Shown here: piece after piece, positions 18,058 through 26,473 of the stretch
Numbering within the stretch: position 1 is the stretch's first letter
Layout of the letters: each line of letters starts with the position of its first letter
Virus record (IMG/VR): IMGVR_UViG_3300020686_000001
Location: 1-56,674 of that record
DNA length: 56,674 bases
Source: a virus
Lineage: Duplodnaviria; Caudoviricetes
Direction: 5' to 3' (one strand)
Position numbers and translations under genes: made by a program
Notes under the pieces: generated by a model
Database searches by the model: none
Told to the model about the DNA's origin: nothing
What the model saw: only the letters and a program-made list of their open reading frames with translations

Positions 18058-18510
18058 TTAGGCACTCCTTGTCAAATTAGTAACAAGCATCATAGCTCCT
18101 TGTTTAGGGTCATTAGATGGCTCAATAGCTTGATTTTGTAATTTATATTTTTGTAATAGTTTTTGAGTATAGCTATCTGAAAAATAAGTTATTGCTTGTG
18201 TATATCCTTGTTCGTGTAAAAACGAAAAAAATACAAGACAATTGTATAAAAATGTTTTTAATGGATCGCCATTAACTGAATGGTATTTAATTATTCCATT
18301 ACTATTTTCAAATATAATAAATAATGTATTGCCAACTCGTTTAAAAGTTGCACCATTGGTTTTAAAATTTGTTAATGCAGTGATACCTTGATCTAAAGTA
18401 ACACCCAATCGTTTTCCATTAACAGCAATATCTTTTTTAACAATGTCCTCTATAGACATTTGTTTTGTAGACTTAAACTTTTCACCAAAGTGTTTTGATG
18501 AGTATTTCAT
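18058..18510 (-). CDS. Hypothetical protein (position of T7 gp13/GNAT-like assembly factor)
   Basis: Lies between nozzle and ejection genes; AT-rich; fold not confirmed. Confidence 0.55.
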   Translation of the reverse strand: MKYSSKHFGEKFKSTKQMSIEDIVKKDIAVNGKRLGVTLDQGITALTNFKTNGATFKRVGNTLFIIFENSNGIIKYHSVNGDPLKTFLYNCLVFFSFLHEQGYTQAITYFSDSYTQKLLQKYKLQNQAIEPSNDPKQGAMMLVTNLTRSA

Positions 18511-19208
18511 GCCACCACCTGCAAATATTTAGTGTCATCAGTTTTGTTTGGGTGAAAGCTTGCAAAGTAAACGCCAAGCATCGGAATAAGCACATTTGAT
18601 GTTACAAAAATTAACCAAGAAAACATTTCAAACCATGTTTTTAGTTTGAAAAATTGTTTCTCTTCTTTTGTTTTTGAAATTGTGTATCCAATCAAAAACT
18701 TCATAACATATTTTTGATTTATAAAAGCAATCTTTTTAAGATTTGAGCGTGGATAACCTAAATGATCCCATAAATCAATAGCAAGACTCTTATGCCCTAA
18801 CTCTTCTTTAGCATGCCAACAAAATAATTTGTAATCTCTATCATCAACATGATTCCAGCGATTTAAAACTGATCTAGACATACATGATGCTAGATGTTCG
18901 ATAGATACCATAGTTCCAAGCCAAAATTTTAATCCCGGCTTTTTGTTGATAGCTTTAGTTTTTTTAAACTCAAGCATTTCTAAGTCAACTAAATTATGAC
19001 GCTTATTAAATGATTCATGAGCAGATGCATGAGCAAGCTCTTCCTTTTTAAATTGAATCATTCTATTTTTAAGCTCTATATCTGTTACTTTTGGCAAATA
19101 ATGATCTATTACAGTTGCAAAAGCCCTTTCCCATGCAGGGAAAAGAACACTTGAGGCATTTCCATAATGTGTCCAAATTGGAGAGTTATCACACCAGTAT
19201 TTAGTCAT
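18507..19208 (-). CDS. Ferritin-like 'predicted metal-dependent hydrolase' (PF10118-type)
   Basis: FP.WE..F, EELAH...H, SIEHL, WHAKEELGHK diiron-type motifs; start MTKYW with ATGA overlap. Confidence 0.8.
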   Translation of the reverse strand: MTKYWCDNSPIWTHYGNASSVLFPAWERAFATVIDHYLPKVTDIELKNRMIQFKKEELAHASAHESFNKRHNLVDLEMLEFKKTKAINKKPGLKFWLGTMVSIEHLASCMSRSVLNRWNHVDDRDYKLFCWHAKEELGHKSLAIDLWDHLGYPRSNLKKIAFINQKYVMKFLIGYTISKTKEEKQFFKLKTWFEMFSWLIFVTSNVLIPMLGVYFASFHPNKTDDTKYLQVVA

Positions 19209-19459
19209 GAAAATTGCCCTGTAATTGGAGTAATAGACATGATACCAACTAGAGCTGCAGCCCACTGTTGCCAACTTCCAAAGTTTCTACCATCGGGAAT
19301 ATCGGACTGACCAAAGTATCCAATGCCATTCATGCCTGCTGCCCATTCTTTCCATCTTTCTTCAGGCACAGTTCCTAACTGATTACCAGCAAATTGCTCA
19401 GCCATCAATGCACACCATTGATCCCAAGTCATGCCTCTAGGGTCGTATGTAGTTGCCAT
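19205..19459 (-). CDS. Conserved Trp-rich virion-associated protein
   Basis: YDPRGMTWDQWC...WKEWA...WQQWA. Confidence 0.7.
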   Translation of the reverse strand: MATTYDPRGMTWDQWCALMAEQFAGNQLGTVPEERWKEWAAGMNGIGYFGQSDIPDGRNFGSWQQWAAALVGIMSITPITGQFS

Positions 19460-21225
19460 TATGGGTTACCTGTAGAACGAACATCACCAACATCAGCACT
19501 TAATAAGACATTACCCATTTGATAATTTCCACCATAGGTATTACTCTCAAATCGTAAGCGCATCTCACGATACTGCTCTTTCATATCTATCTTAAGAGTT
19601 GATGGGCTAAATACATAAGGACTATATTGGCTTGTAGCATCTGTATCATCAGCATAGCCTTTACCTTTAACATATAAGTTCATATTGCCCGATTGAACAA
19701 AGTCAGGCTCAACACGCTCTAAACGGATATAGTTGTTAGGTCCTTCAGGTTTGACCATTCCTGGACCACCTCTTACCCATCCTAAGCTATTTGTTTCAAA
19801 ATAAGATTGAACAGCATTAGTATTGGTCAAATAAACTTGGTCAGTGCCAATTTCATGTTGCCAAAGAGTATAGGTATTCGAGCTATTTGCAACATTGTCA
19901 GCCCAAATAGGGTATTTGAAAACTTCTGAGAATACGCCTGCAGAACGATTAGCACCCTGTGCAAAGCCTGCGTCATACCATACTTGTTCACGCACATTAT
20001 AAATAATAGCGTTATTACATTCTGTAGCATTTCCTGAAGGGTAAAACCACCAAATTTCACCCCAACGAGGAATCTTCATTGCCCATACTTTTTGGCGTTG
20101 AGCAAAATTTAAGTTATCAAAAAAGAAATTTTGATTTACTGCATTAGGAACTTCTTGAACAACTCCGTTATACATTAAAAATCGGTCAACACCTATCCAA
20201 TAATAGATGCCATCATATTCAATCACGCAATTGGATGACATGATAGAAGTTTGCGTAGATATGATGTCATAACGCCAATAAATAGTAGCTGTTCCTACTG
20301 TCTGAGGTGAATAAGTAACACGGGTAAGTTGGTCAAGACTCCAAAATAATCCTGCAGGAGATGTTGTACCACCACGCAATGGAAGACCTTTTACAACTTT
20401 TGTAGATGAAACTGTGTTTATGTTTGAGTCAGGAGCTACCCAGTTATAAAAGTTTCCTGCTGAATTGTTTTGAATTAATCCATTGTTTCCATAAACAAAT
20501 AGATAAGGATAGAGCATGCAAGCTCCACCTGATACAGAAATATTGTTATCAAATGTCAGCGTCTGAGAGCCTGAAGTTCCGCTACTAGATAAAATGACTG
20601 TTGTAGTTGTTCCTGATACAGAGGATGAAACTACAGTTGTTCCTGCGCTTAATCCACCACCGCTTACAGACTGACCAATATTAATCAGATAGTTGGCTGA
20701 AGCAATAGTAAAAGTTGATCCAGAAATCGTACCAGTAGCTGTAAATACTCCAACCTTAGATAAAGCTCCACCGGGGAACTGACCATATAAAACAGGTGTA
20801 TTAACAGTGTTATCAATGTCTGCTAAATTTTGCCCCGGATGTGCAACAACATTAAGGTTTCCTGATCCATTCGGATCATAACCAATATCAAACTGCCAAA
20901 GATTATTAGCATTTACTGTAAAGTCAGATGGCAATGAAATGTTTGTAGGGCCAAATCCAACACCATTGGTATTATTGGTTTGCCACATCTGTAAATAGCT
21001 TTTGCTACCAGAGTAGAAGTAGTTAAGACCTAGTTGAGATTGCATGGTCATGCCACGACTAATCTCTGATGCATTTAAGAAGATACCATTGTATCCACCA
21101 ATTTTACGAGGGCGACCACGCTGAAACCTGACCCACATGCCATCTACATATTTGTCAGAGTCAAATTGAGTACCATCCCGTTGAATACCGGGCTTGATAT
21201 TCAGAGATATGACATTAGTGGTCAA
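19459..21225 (-). CDS. Tail nozzle / P22 gp10-like stabilisation protein
   Basis: KPGIQRDGT, WVRFQRGRPRKIGG, EIWWFYP; beta-propeller-like; position. Confidence 0.7.
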   Translation of the reverse strand: MTTNVISLNIKPGIQRDGTQFDSDKYVDGMWVRFQRGRPRKIGGYNGIFLNASEISRGMTMQSQLGLNYFYSGSKSYLQMWQTNNTNGVGFGPTNISLPSDFTVNANNLWQFDIGYDPNGSGNLNVVAHPGQNLADIDNTVNTPVLYGQFPGGALSKVGVFTATGTISGSTFTIASANYLINIGQSVSGGGLSAGTTVVSSSVSGTTTTVILSSSGTSGSQTLTFDNNISVSGGACMLYPYLFVYGNNGLIQNNSAGNFYNWVAPDSNINTVSSTKVVKGLPLRGGTTSPAGLFWSLDQLTRVTYSPQTVGTATIYWRYDIISTQTSIMSSNCVIEYDGIYYWIGVDRFLMYNGVVQEVPNAVNQNFFFDNLNFAQRQKVWAMKIPRWGEIWWFYPSGNATECNNAIIYNVREQVWYDAGFAQGANRSAGVFSEVFKYPIWADNVANSSNTYTLWQHEIGTDQVYLTNTNAVQSYFETNSLGWVRGGPGMVKPEGPNNYIRLERVEPDFVQSGNMNLYVKGKGYADDTDATSQYSPYVFSPSTLKIDMKEQYREMRLRFESNTYGGNYQMGNVLLSADVGDVRSTGNP

Positions 21226-22475
21226 AATGTTCCTCCACTAAGACCAACTGTAGAGGTAATTGAACCAATAACATAAAGACCAGCACTATAAAAATACCCT
21301 ACTTGTGTTCCTGAAGATGAAAAACCTACTTGACCAGTAGTTGGGTGATAAATACCTGTATTGGCATCACCAGTAAAGTTAATAGATGGTACTGAAGGTG
21401 ATCCTGTACCAATTGTTATAGTTGTATATGAATTAGATGATCCTGAAGCAGCGTTATACACATTCGTGCCATCGCATACCAAAATTAAAGAATTGCTTTG
21501 TGGAATAGTTACAGTAGCCCCACCAGTTACAGAAGTTTTAACAGTAAATGTATAAGATCCTGTTGTATTGTTTGTAAATGTATAAAGCTGAACTGTAGAA
21601 GGAACAACAATGGTTTGATTGCTTGTTAAAGTTCCTGTGTAAATTTGAATAGTATTTGATGCTTGAGTAGAGCTTAAAGTGGTAGTGCCACCTGTAACTA
21701 CTAATGCTAATTCTGTATATGAAAACTGATTTGATCTACCATAAGCATAAGAATACCAACCTGCTGTTGTTCCGCTTGAAACAAGAACAATAGATTCATT
21801 TAATTGAAGCTGTTGAATTGAATTTCCATCAATAGTATCAGTACCATTTGGTTGTAATGTCAAAATACCAGCACCATCATTTTTGAAAATAGTAAACCAG
21901 TTAGCTCCAACAGTTGATGCAGATGGCAAAGTAAATGTTCCTGCCCCACCTGTCCATACATTCATTTGCGCTCTTGCAGTAGAGCTTAATGTTGTATTTG
22001 AAGAATAAGTTGATACATAATATTGCTGATTTAAGGTATTTCCAATAGCTGTTAAACCATAACCTGCTAAAGAAGATGCATTTGCAGCAGATGTTCCTGC
22101 TCCAAAAGTTACAGTTGCCCATGTTCCATCAACAAATGCGGTAACAGTATTGTTTGTTAACCAAATGTAATAAGCAATTCCTGAAGTTGCTGAAACAATA
22201 GTATTTCCAAGATTATCGGTAATTGTAAAAGGATTTGATCCAATATTACGAACAATAATTGCTTGACCAACTGATACCTGAGCTGCTGTAGGCATCAACA
22301 ATAAAAGACCTGTTGTCGTTGCTGTTACATCAACAATATTTGTAGCTACAGTAGTGGAATTTGTGCCATTACTGGGCCAAGATAGGGTTGTGCTTGCAGA
22401 AATGGTTAAAGATTCATAACCAACCTGAGAGGGTGTGATTGTTTGACCTGTAAAGGGGCTGGTGTATGTCGTCAT
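21222..22475 (-). CDS. Tail structural/fibre-like protein
   Basis: T/S/G-rich; FTLP...GANWF..FKN.G.G..T..P.GTDTIDG module; PSINFTGDANTGIY. Confidence 0.65.
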   Translation of the reverse strand: MTTYTSPFTGQTITPSQVGYESLTISASTTLSWPSNGTNSTTVATNIVDVTATTTGLLLLMPTAAQVSVGQAIIVRNIGSNPFTITDNLGNTIVSATSGIAYYIWLTNNTVTAFVDGTWATVTFGAGTSAANASSLAGYGLTAIGNTLNQQYYVSTYSSNTTLSSTARAQMNVWTGGAGTFTLPSASTVGANWFTIFKNDGAGILTLQPNGTDTIDGNSIQQLQLNESIVLVSSGTTAGWYSYAYGRSNQFSYTELALVVTGGTTTLSSTQASNTIQIYTGTLTSNQTIVVPSTVQLYTFTNNTTGSYTFTVKTSVTGGATVTIPQSNSLILVCDGTNVYNAASGSSNSYTTITIGTGSPSVPSINFTGDANTGIYHPTTGQVGFSSSGTQVGYFYSAGLYVIGSITSTVGLSGGTF

Positions 22476-22477
22476 GA

Positions 22478-23128
22478 TTAACTATCCTGTGCAACAGATT
22501 GGCGGTCACCTGTACGCAATAAGTCTTCTTGTTTAAGAGCTGTCATTGCTTCAGTGTATTTTTGTTGAAAAATCTGCCGTTGGTCGTTTTTAAGGAACGG
22601 CATAGCTTGTAATAAAGTGCCATAAAGCATGGCATTTGGAGCATTTTGAGTAAGCCAATTAGTCTGATTTTGTTGTGATAAAGGAGCAATTCGCTCGTAA
22701 TACAAAACCTCGAATGAATAAGCTTGGTCAGGAGTTGGTGAAACTAGCCAATTATCGTAGTTGTAATCACCATAATATAAGGGTAAACCCTGAGCAGCAT
22801 TAGAATCATATGAGCGTAGATATTCGTATTTACGAACAAAAACAGGGGTAATTGTGCCACCGCTAGATACATTGAATGATACTGTTTTGCGCCAACGAAC
22901 AGGTTTAGGAATGATTGGATTGCCTGCGCTCATGGTAGATTCAACTACCTGAATTTGACCCAATGTCTTAATCTGCTGAGCAATTTCAAACTCAGCAAGC
23001 ATAATGAATTCAGGAATTTGATTAACGACAGCAGCATCGCTTCGTTCTAGATACTGTTCAATATCGCTAATCAAGCTATTCCATGTCATTGCTGACGCTT
23101 GAGTATTGGCAGGTAAGGTTGTCGTCAT
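22478..23128 (-). CDS. Head-tail adaptor / tail tubular protein A-like
   Basis: QIP.FI.LAE..I, PTPD..Y..E..YY, TNWL..NAP..LYG.L motifs. Confidence 0.7.
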   Translation of the reverse strand: MTTTLPANTQASAMTWNSLISDIEQYLERSDAAVVNQIPEFIMLAEFEIAQQIKTLGQIQVVESTMSAGNPIIPKPVRWRKTVSFNVSSGGTITPVFVRKYEYLRSYDSNAAQGLPLYYGDYNYDNWLVSPTPDQAYSFEVLYYERIAPLSQQNQTNWLTQNAPNAMLYGTLLQAMPFLKNDQRQIFQQKYTEAMTALKQEDLLRTGDRQSVAQDS

Positions 23129-23201
23129 ATGTTTTTGGATTCCAATAATCTAATGATGGCAACCATTTTTATCAAACAGTTATTTGCTCCGATTTTACAC
23201 C

Positions 23202-23798
23202 TTATTGGGATAAAATAGAACTAGCTTTCTGTATTTTGGCAATCCTGTCATCAAGACCTAAAGTGCCACCATTAATGCGTTTAGTCATAGTTGTGTAGTC
23301 GCCAGAATCAGCAAGAGCATTTAGACCCTTTTTGTTCCAAAACCAACCTGCAGATAGACAGGCATTCTCAGGCTCTAACAGAAGCTCAGGAGTGTCCGCA
23401 AAAGGTCTACCAAGGGCTTGACCACAGACTGTGTAATTAGCCCTTCCTGTAAGCTGTATAACGCCTCTGCCATGAAATTTCCAACCATCCCCATCTTCGG
23501 TATTACCTAGCTCAGCACGACCTCCATAGACCTTGTTTGCTATAGCTTCAGGGTTATTTGCATACTTTTCAGCAGTATTGGCATCGGGAAATCTAGAACT
23601 CCATACACGCATCAAAGCCCCTGCAGAATAATGAAGGTTTTCCTCTAGCGTCTTGAAGTTATTTGATTCATGCATGCACTGACCTAAGAAGGCAGATTGC
23701 CTCTTTACAGTGTCAATACCATACTTGGTAAAGGTATCTTGCAATGGAACAAGCCATTTAGAATCAATGCCAAGCTGAGATAATTGTTGTTCGTTCAT
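23202..23798 (-). CDS. Glycoside hydrolase family 19 endolysin
   Basis: FLGQC.HES, ENL.YS, GDGWKFHGRG.IQLTGR.NY, SAGWFW, TKRINGG. Confidence 0.93.
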   Translation of the reverse strand: MNEQQLSQLGIDSKWLVPLQDTFTKYGIDTVKRQSAFLGQCMHESNNFKTLEENLHYSAGALMRVWSSRFPDANTAEKYANNPEAIANKVYGGRAELGNTEDGDGWKFHGRGVIQLTGRANYTVCGQALGRPFADTPELLLEPENACLSAGWFWNKKGLNALADSGDYTTMTKRINGGTLGLDDRIAKIQKASSILSQ

Positions 23799-24151
23799 TT
23801 GGAGGTGGTAATAGTATCTGCACCCTTGGTGACTGTGACTTTATCGCCATCAACTGTTACTGACATTGGAGGCTCTTTTTCAGCAAGATGATCCAAGCGC
23901 TGAATAAGCTGTTGAATAACCTGAAATTCTGGCTTTTCTTCTTTTTCAGTAGTTCCTGCAACGCCATTCATCATATTGATAATAGCCATCAAAGCACCAC
24001 CAGCCATACCAATTACAGCAGCAATCTTAGTAGAGTCAAGGAATATGCTTGCTCCTACAGCAATCAAAATAATGGCTGTTATATAGGCAAGACCATGCTT
24101 TCCAATTGATTTGCCAGCAACTTCTTTTGCGGTTTCTAATTGTTCATTCAT
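23795..24151 (-). CDS. Two-TM membrane protein (lysis module)
   Basis: Two hydrophobic helices; adjacent to endolysin. Confidence 0.65.
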   Translation of the reverse strand: MNEQLETAKEVAGKSIGKHGLAYITAIILIAVGASIFLDSTKIAAVIGMAGGALMAIINMMNGVAGTTEKEEKPEFQVIQQLIQRLDHLAEKEPPMSVTVDGDKVTVTKGADTITTSK

Positions 24152-24297
24152 TGCTTCTTGTTCCACATATCAAACAAAGATTTAACTTTTTCTTCTAATA
24201 CGCCAATACGGACATCCATCTTAGCCAAAGCAATGACCAAGGTAATAAATCCAAGGAATACGGGCCAAGCTTTAGATAAGATGTCTACGAAATCCAT
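24148..24297 (-). CDS. Small single-TM protein (lysis module)
   Basis: MDFVDILSKAWPVFLGFITLVIALAKMDVRIGVLEEKVKSLF. Confidence 0.6.
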   Translation of the reverse strand: MDFVDILSKAWPVFLGFITLVIALAKMDVRIGVLEEKVKSLFDMWNKKQ

Positions 24298-24298
24298 A

Positions 24299-24799
24299 TT
24301 AATTCTCTTTTGGTGATGAGTTAAATAACATTTGGTCTTTTTTCTGACTTCCTGCAGAGCTACCAAAATAGAAAGCAATAATGCCTGTCCAAGCAGTTCC
24401 AAGGCTTCCTAGCATAATCATTAGGGGTGTATTCGCAGTATCCGTAGGAGTAACCATAAGATAGGAAAGTATGCCAAAAAACCCAAAAGTAACAAGAATA
24501 GAAAGGGTAGGAGGAATAAGGGAATGAGTAATTGCTTGCATATCACGAGCACTTTTTCTATCCTCCACAGCTAATTGTTCAAAGTTTAAGCCTAACTCTT
24601 GAGCTGATTTTTGAAGTTCAATTTCAGCTTGTTTGATAGAGGCTATCTGGTCAGAGTTTAATTTTCCACTATCTATAGTGTCTTGTACTTGAGATTCATC
24701 TATTCCAAGCGCTTTAGAAACTGCAGTAACAGCCAAACCAGCAAGAGGACCACCAAGGCAAGTAGCAATAGTAGGTGCAATTTGTTTAAGCCATTCCAT
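24299..24799 (-). CDS. Holin-like protein (3TM holin type)
   Basis: APTIAT.LGGPLAG, DRKSARDM, two TM helices, FYFGSS. Confidence 0.75.
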   Translation of the reverse strand: MEWLKQIAPTIATCLGGPLAGLAVTAVSKALGIDESQVQDTIDSGKLNSDQIASIKQAEIELQKSAQELGLNFEQLAVEDRKSARDMQAITHSLIPPTLSILVTFGFFGILSYLMVTPTDTANTPLMIMLGSLGTAWTGIIAFYFGSSAGSQKKDQMLFNSSPKEN

Positions 24800-24800
24800 A

Positions 24801-25013
24801 TCATTTTCCAATAAAGTGACTAATTAATGTTGCTGCAAAGTTTGGTCCAAGCAATACAGCTCCAATGACTCCATAAAGCAAGTATTCAATCTTTTGCATA
24901 CGACCAACGCCTTTTTTGAGGGCTTCTTGAATTCCCTCGTAGCGTTCAGCACATACAGCTTCGTGAATTGACAATCGCTTATCCGTTTCGGCTACGAGAG
25001 TTTCCATATCCAT
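24801..25013 (-). CDS. Coiled-coil plus TM protein (lysis accessory)
   Basis: HEAVCAERY followed by a hydrophobic C-terminus. Confidence 0.65.
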   Translation of the reverse strand: MDMETLVAETDKRLSIHEAVCAERYEGIQEALKKGVGRMQKIEYLLYGVIGAVLLGPNFAATLISHFIGK

Positions 25014-25015
25014 GA

Positions 25016-25339
25016 TTAACTTACATTAGATTCTTGGCTAACTGCAGGAGTGCAAGTTGTTGGTGTTACTGTAGCTTCAGGAGCTTCTTCAGCAGGAATA
25101 TCTACAACAACAGGAACTTCTACAACAGTTGGGGGAGCAATAACTACTGGAGTTGGATCAGCAACAACGGATGGGAATGTTGATTCTCCATTTGGGGCTA
25201 ATGGATTTGGAGGTAAAACAATAGCTGGACCAGGTTCTTTATACTTTATTTCCAAGTAATCAACAAATTTATGAAGCTCAGATTCAGCTTGAGTTTCAAA
25301 GGTTGCAATATGCAATCGTATTTCTTTTAACCAATTCAT
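25016..25339 (-). CDS. Pro/Val/Thr-rich hypothetical protein
   Basis: 107-aa low-complexity ORF. Confidence 0.6.
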   Translation of the reverse strand: MNWLKEIRLHIATFETQAESELHKFVDYLEIKYKEPGPAIVLPPNPLAPNGESTFPSVVADPTPVVIAPPTVVEVPVVVDIPAEEAPEATVTPTTCTPAVSQESNVS

Positions 25340-25557
25340 GATGGAGTTCCTTCTGTGGATTGAGGGGCTTCAACTGTAATTTCTGCAGGAATTTCAACAG
25401 GAACTTCAGGATTAGCATTAGCTTGTTTTGCAGCCTCAAGCTGTGAATTAATCTTTATAAACAAAGGAAAAGCTTGTGAGTTTGTTGGCATATTGCCTAA
25501 AACATTGACAATATCTTGTACTTCTGCGTCAAACAAGTTTAAAGTTACATTGAACAT
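25336..25557 (-). CDS. Hypothetical protein (tail-fibre assembly region)
   Basis: 73-aa ORF downstream of fibres. Confidence 0.6.
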   Translation of the reverse strand: MFNVTLNLFDAEVQDIVNVLGNMPTNSQAFPLFIKINSQLEAAKQANANPEVPVEIPAEITVEAPQSTEGTPS

Positions 25558-25582
25558 TCTTTAATTTCCTAAAAAATTCCTG

Positions 25583-25828
25583 CTAAACTGGGGTAGCAGA
25601 TTCCCCGATAATGATTGTAGATGTTTCTTTATCAATAGTCATTGAGCCAAAACAACATATGTTCCAATCGTCACTGTTTGATTCTCTTTCAGAGAACGAA
25701 GGCACATTAATTTTAACTTGTTTTGCCAAAAATTCTTGATTGTTTTCAAACACTCGCCATACATGGTCAACAGTTCCACGCCCTATTTGACCACGACTTT
25801 TATTGAATCGTATGCGGTACTTGTTCAT
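25583..25828 (-). CDS. Conserved hypothetical protein
   Basis: RIRFNKSRG..GRGT.DHVWRVFE. Confidence 0.7.
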   Translation of the reverse strand: MNKYRIRFNKSRGQIGRGTVDHVWRVFENNQEFLAKQVKINVPSFSERESNSDDWNICCFGSMTIDKETSTIIIGESATPV

Positions 25829-26454
25829 ATCACAATAGGCTTTGGTAGTTCAGGAGCAGCCATAATTCCAAGATTAAAATGAAGGAACTTAAATGGCTTA
25901 TCTGACCCATTTCTAGTAAAAGAATGAGGTAACCAAGAGTTAGAAAAAAGCAACATACCATTCTCAGGCTTAAAGCTCACCATATTGGTTGATTGAGTGA
26001 TTTTTGAAGTATCAGCCTCAGTCATACTAGCTTGAACCTTGCCTACCCTTGGATCATGAACAATGATTTGAGATGAGTTTTCAGGACAATCTATAAAGAA
26101 AAATCCTGATATTTGCGCTCCAAGGGCATGAATATGCTCATCCATACTAGAATATTTATAGTGCTCTTGACCCCAAATTTCATGAAAATAAGTGATTTTG
26201 CCATCCATTTTGTATCCTTGAGCGTTAAGGATATTCCATGCTGTAGATGCAATGTAAGACAAAAACTCATTCAATCTAGAATCTGTAGCCATATTACCAG
26301 TCATAATTGCAGGGTAAAGTTCACTCATTTTTGACTTATCTTGCATTGCAACATATTCTTCAAATATGGGGGCTACAACCTTTAAAAATTCAGGCTTTTT
26401 AATGGTATGGATCGTTGTAACAAAGTACGACGATGTAACTAAGTTATCTTGCAT
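25825..26454 (-). CDS. 2OG-Fe(II) oxygenase (TIGR02466-like)
   Basis: H.H...ISGFFF, DPR, P..G.LLF.NSWLPH motifs. Confidence 0.8.
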   Translation of the reverse strand: MQDNLVTSSYFVTTIHTIKKPEFLKVVAPIFEEYVAMQDKSKMSELYPAIMTGNMATDSRLNEFLSYIASTAWNILNAQGYKMDGKITYFHEIWGQEHYKYSSMDEHIHALGAQISGFFFIDCPENSSQIIVHDPRVGKVQASMTEADTSKITQSTNMVSFKPENGMLLFSNSWLPHSFTRNGSDKPFKFLHFNLGIMAAPELPKPIVI

Positions 26455-26473
26455 AACTCCTCTTTTGTTTGGT

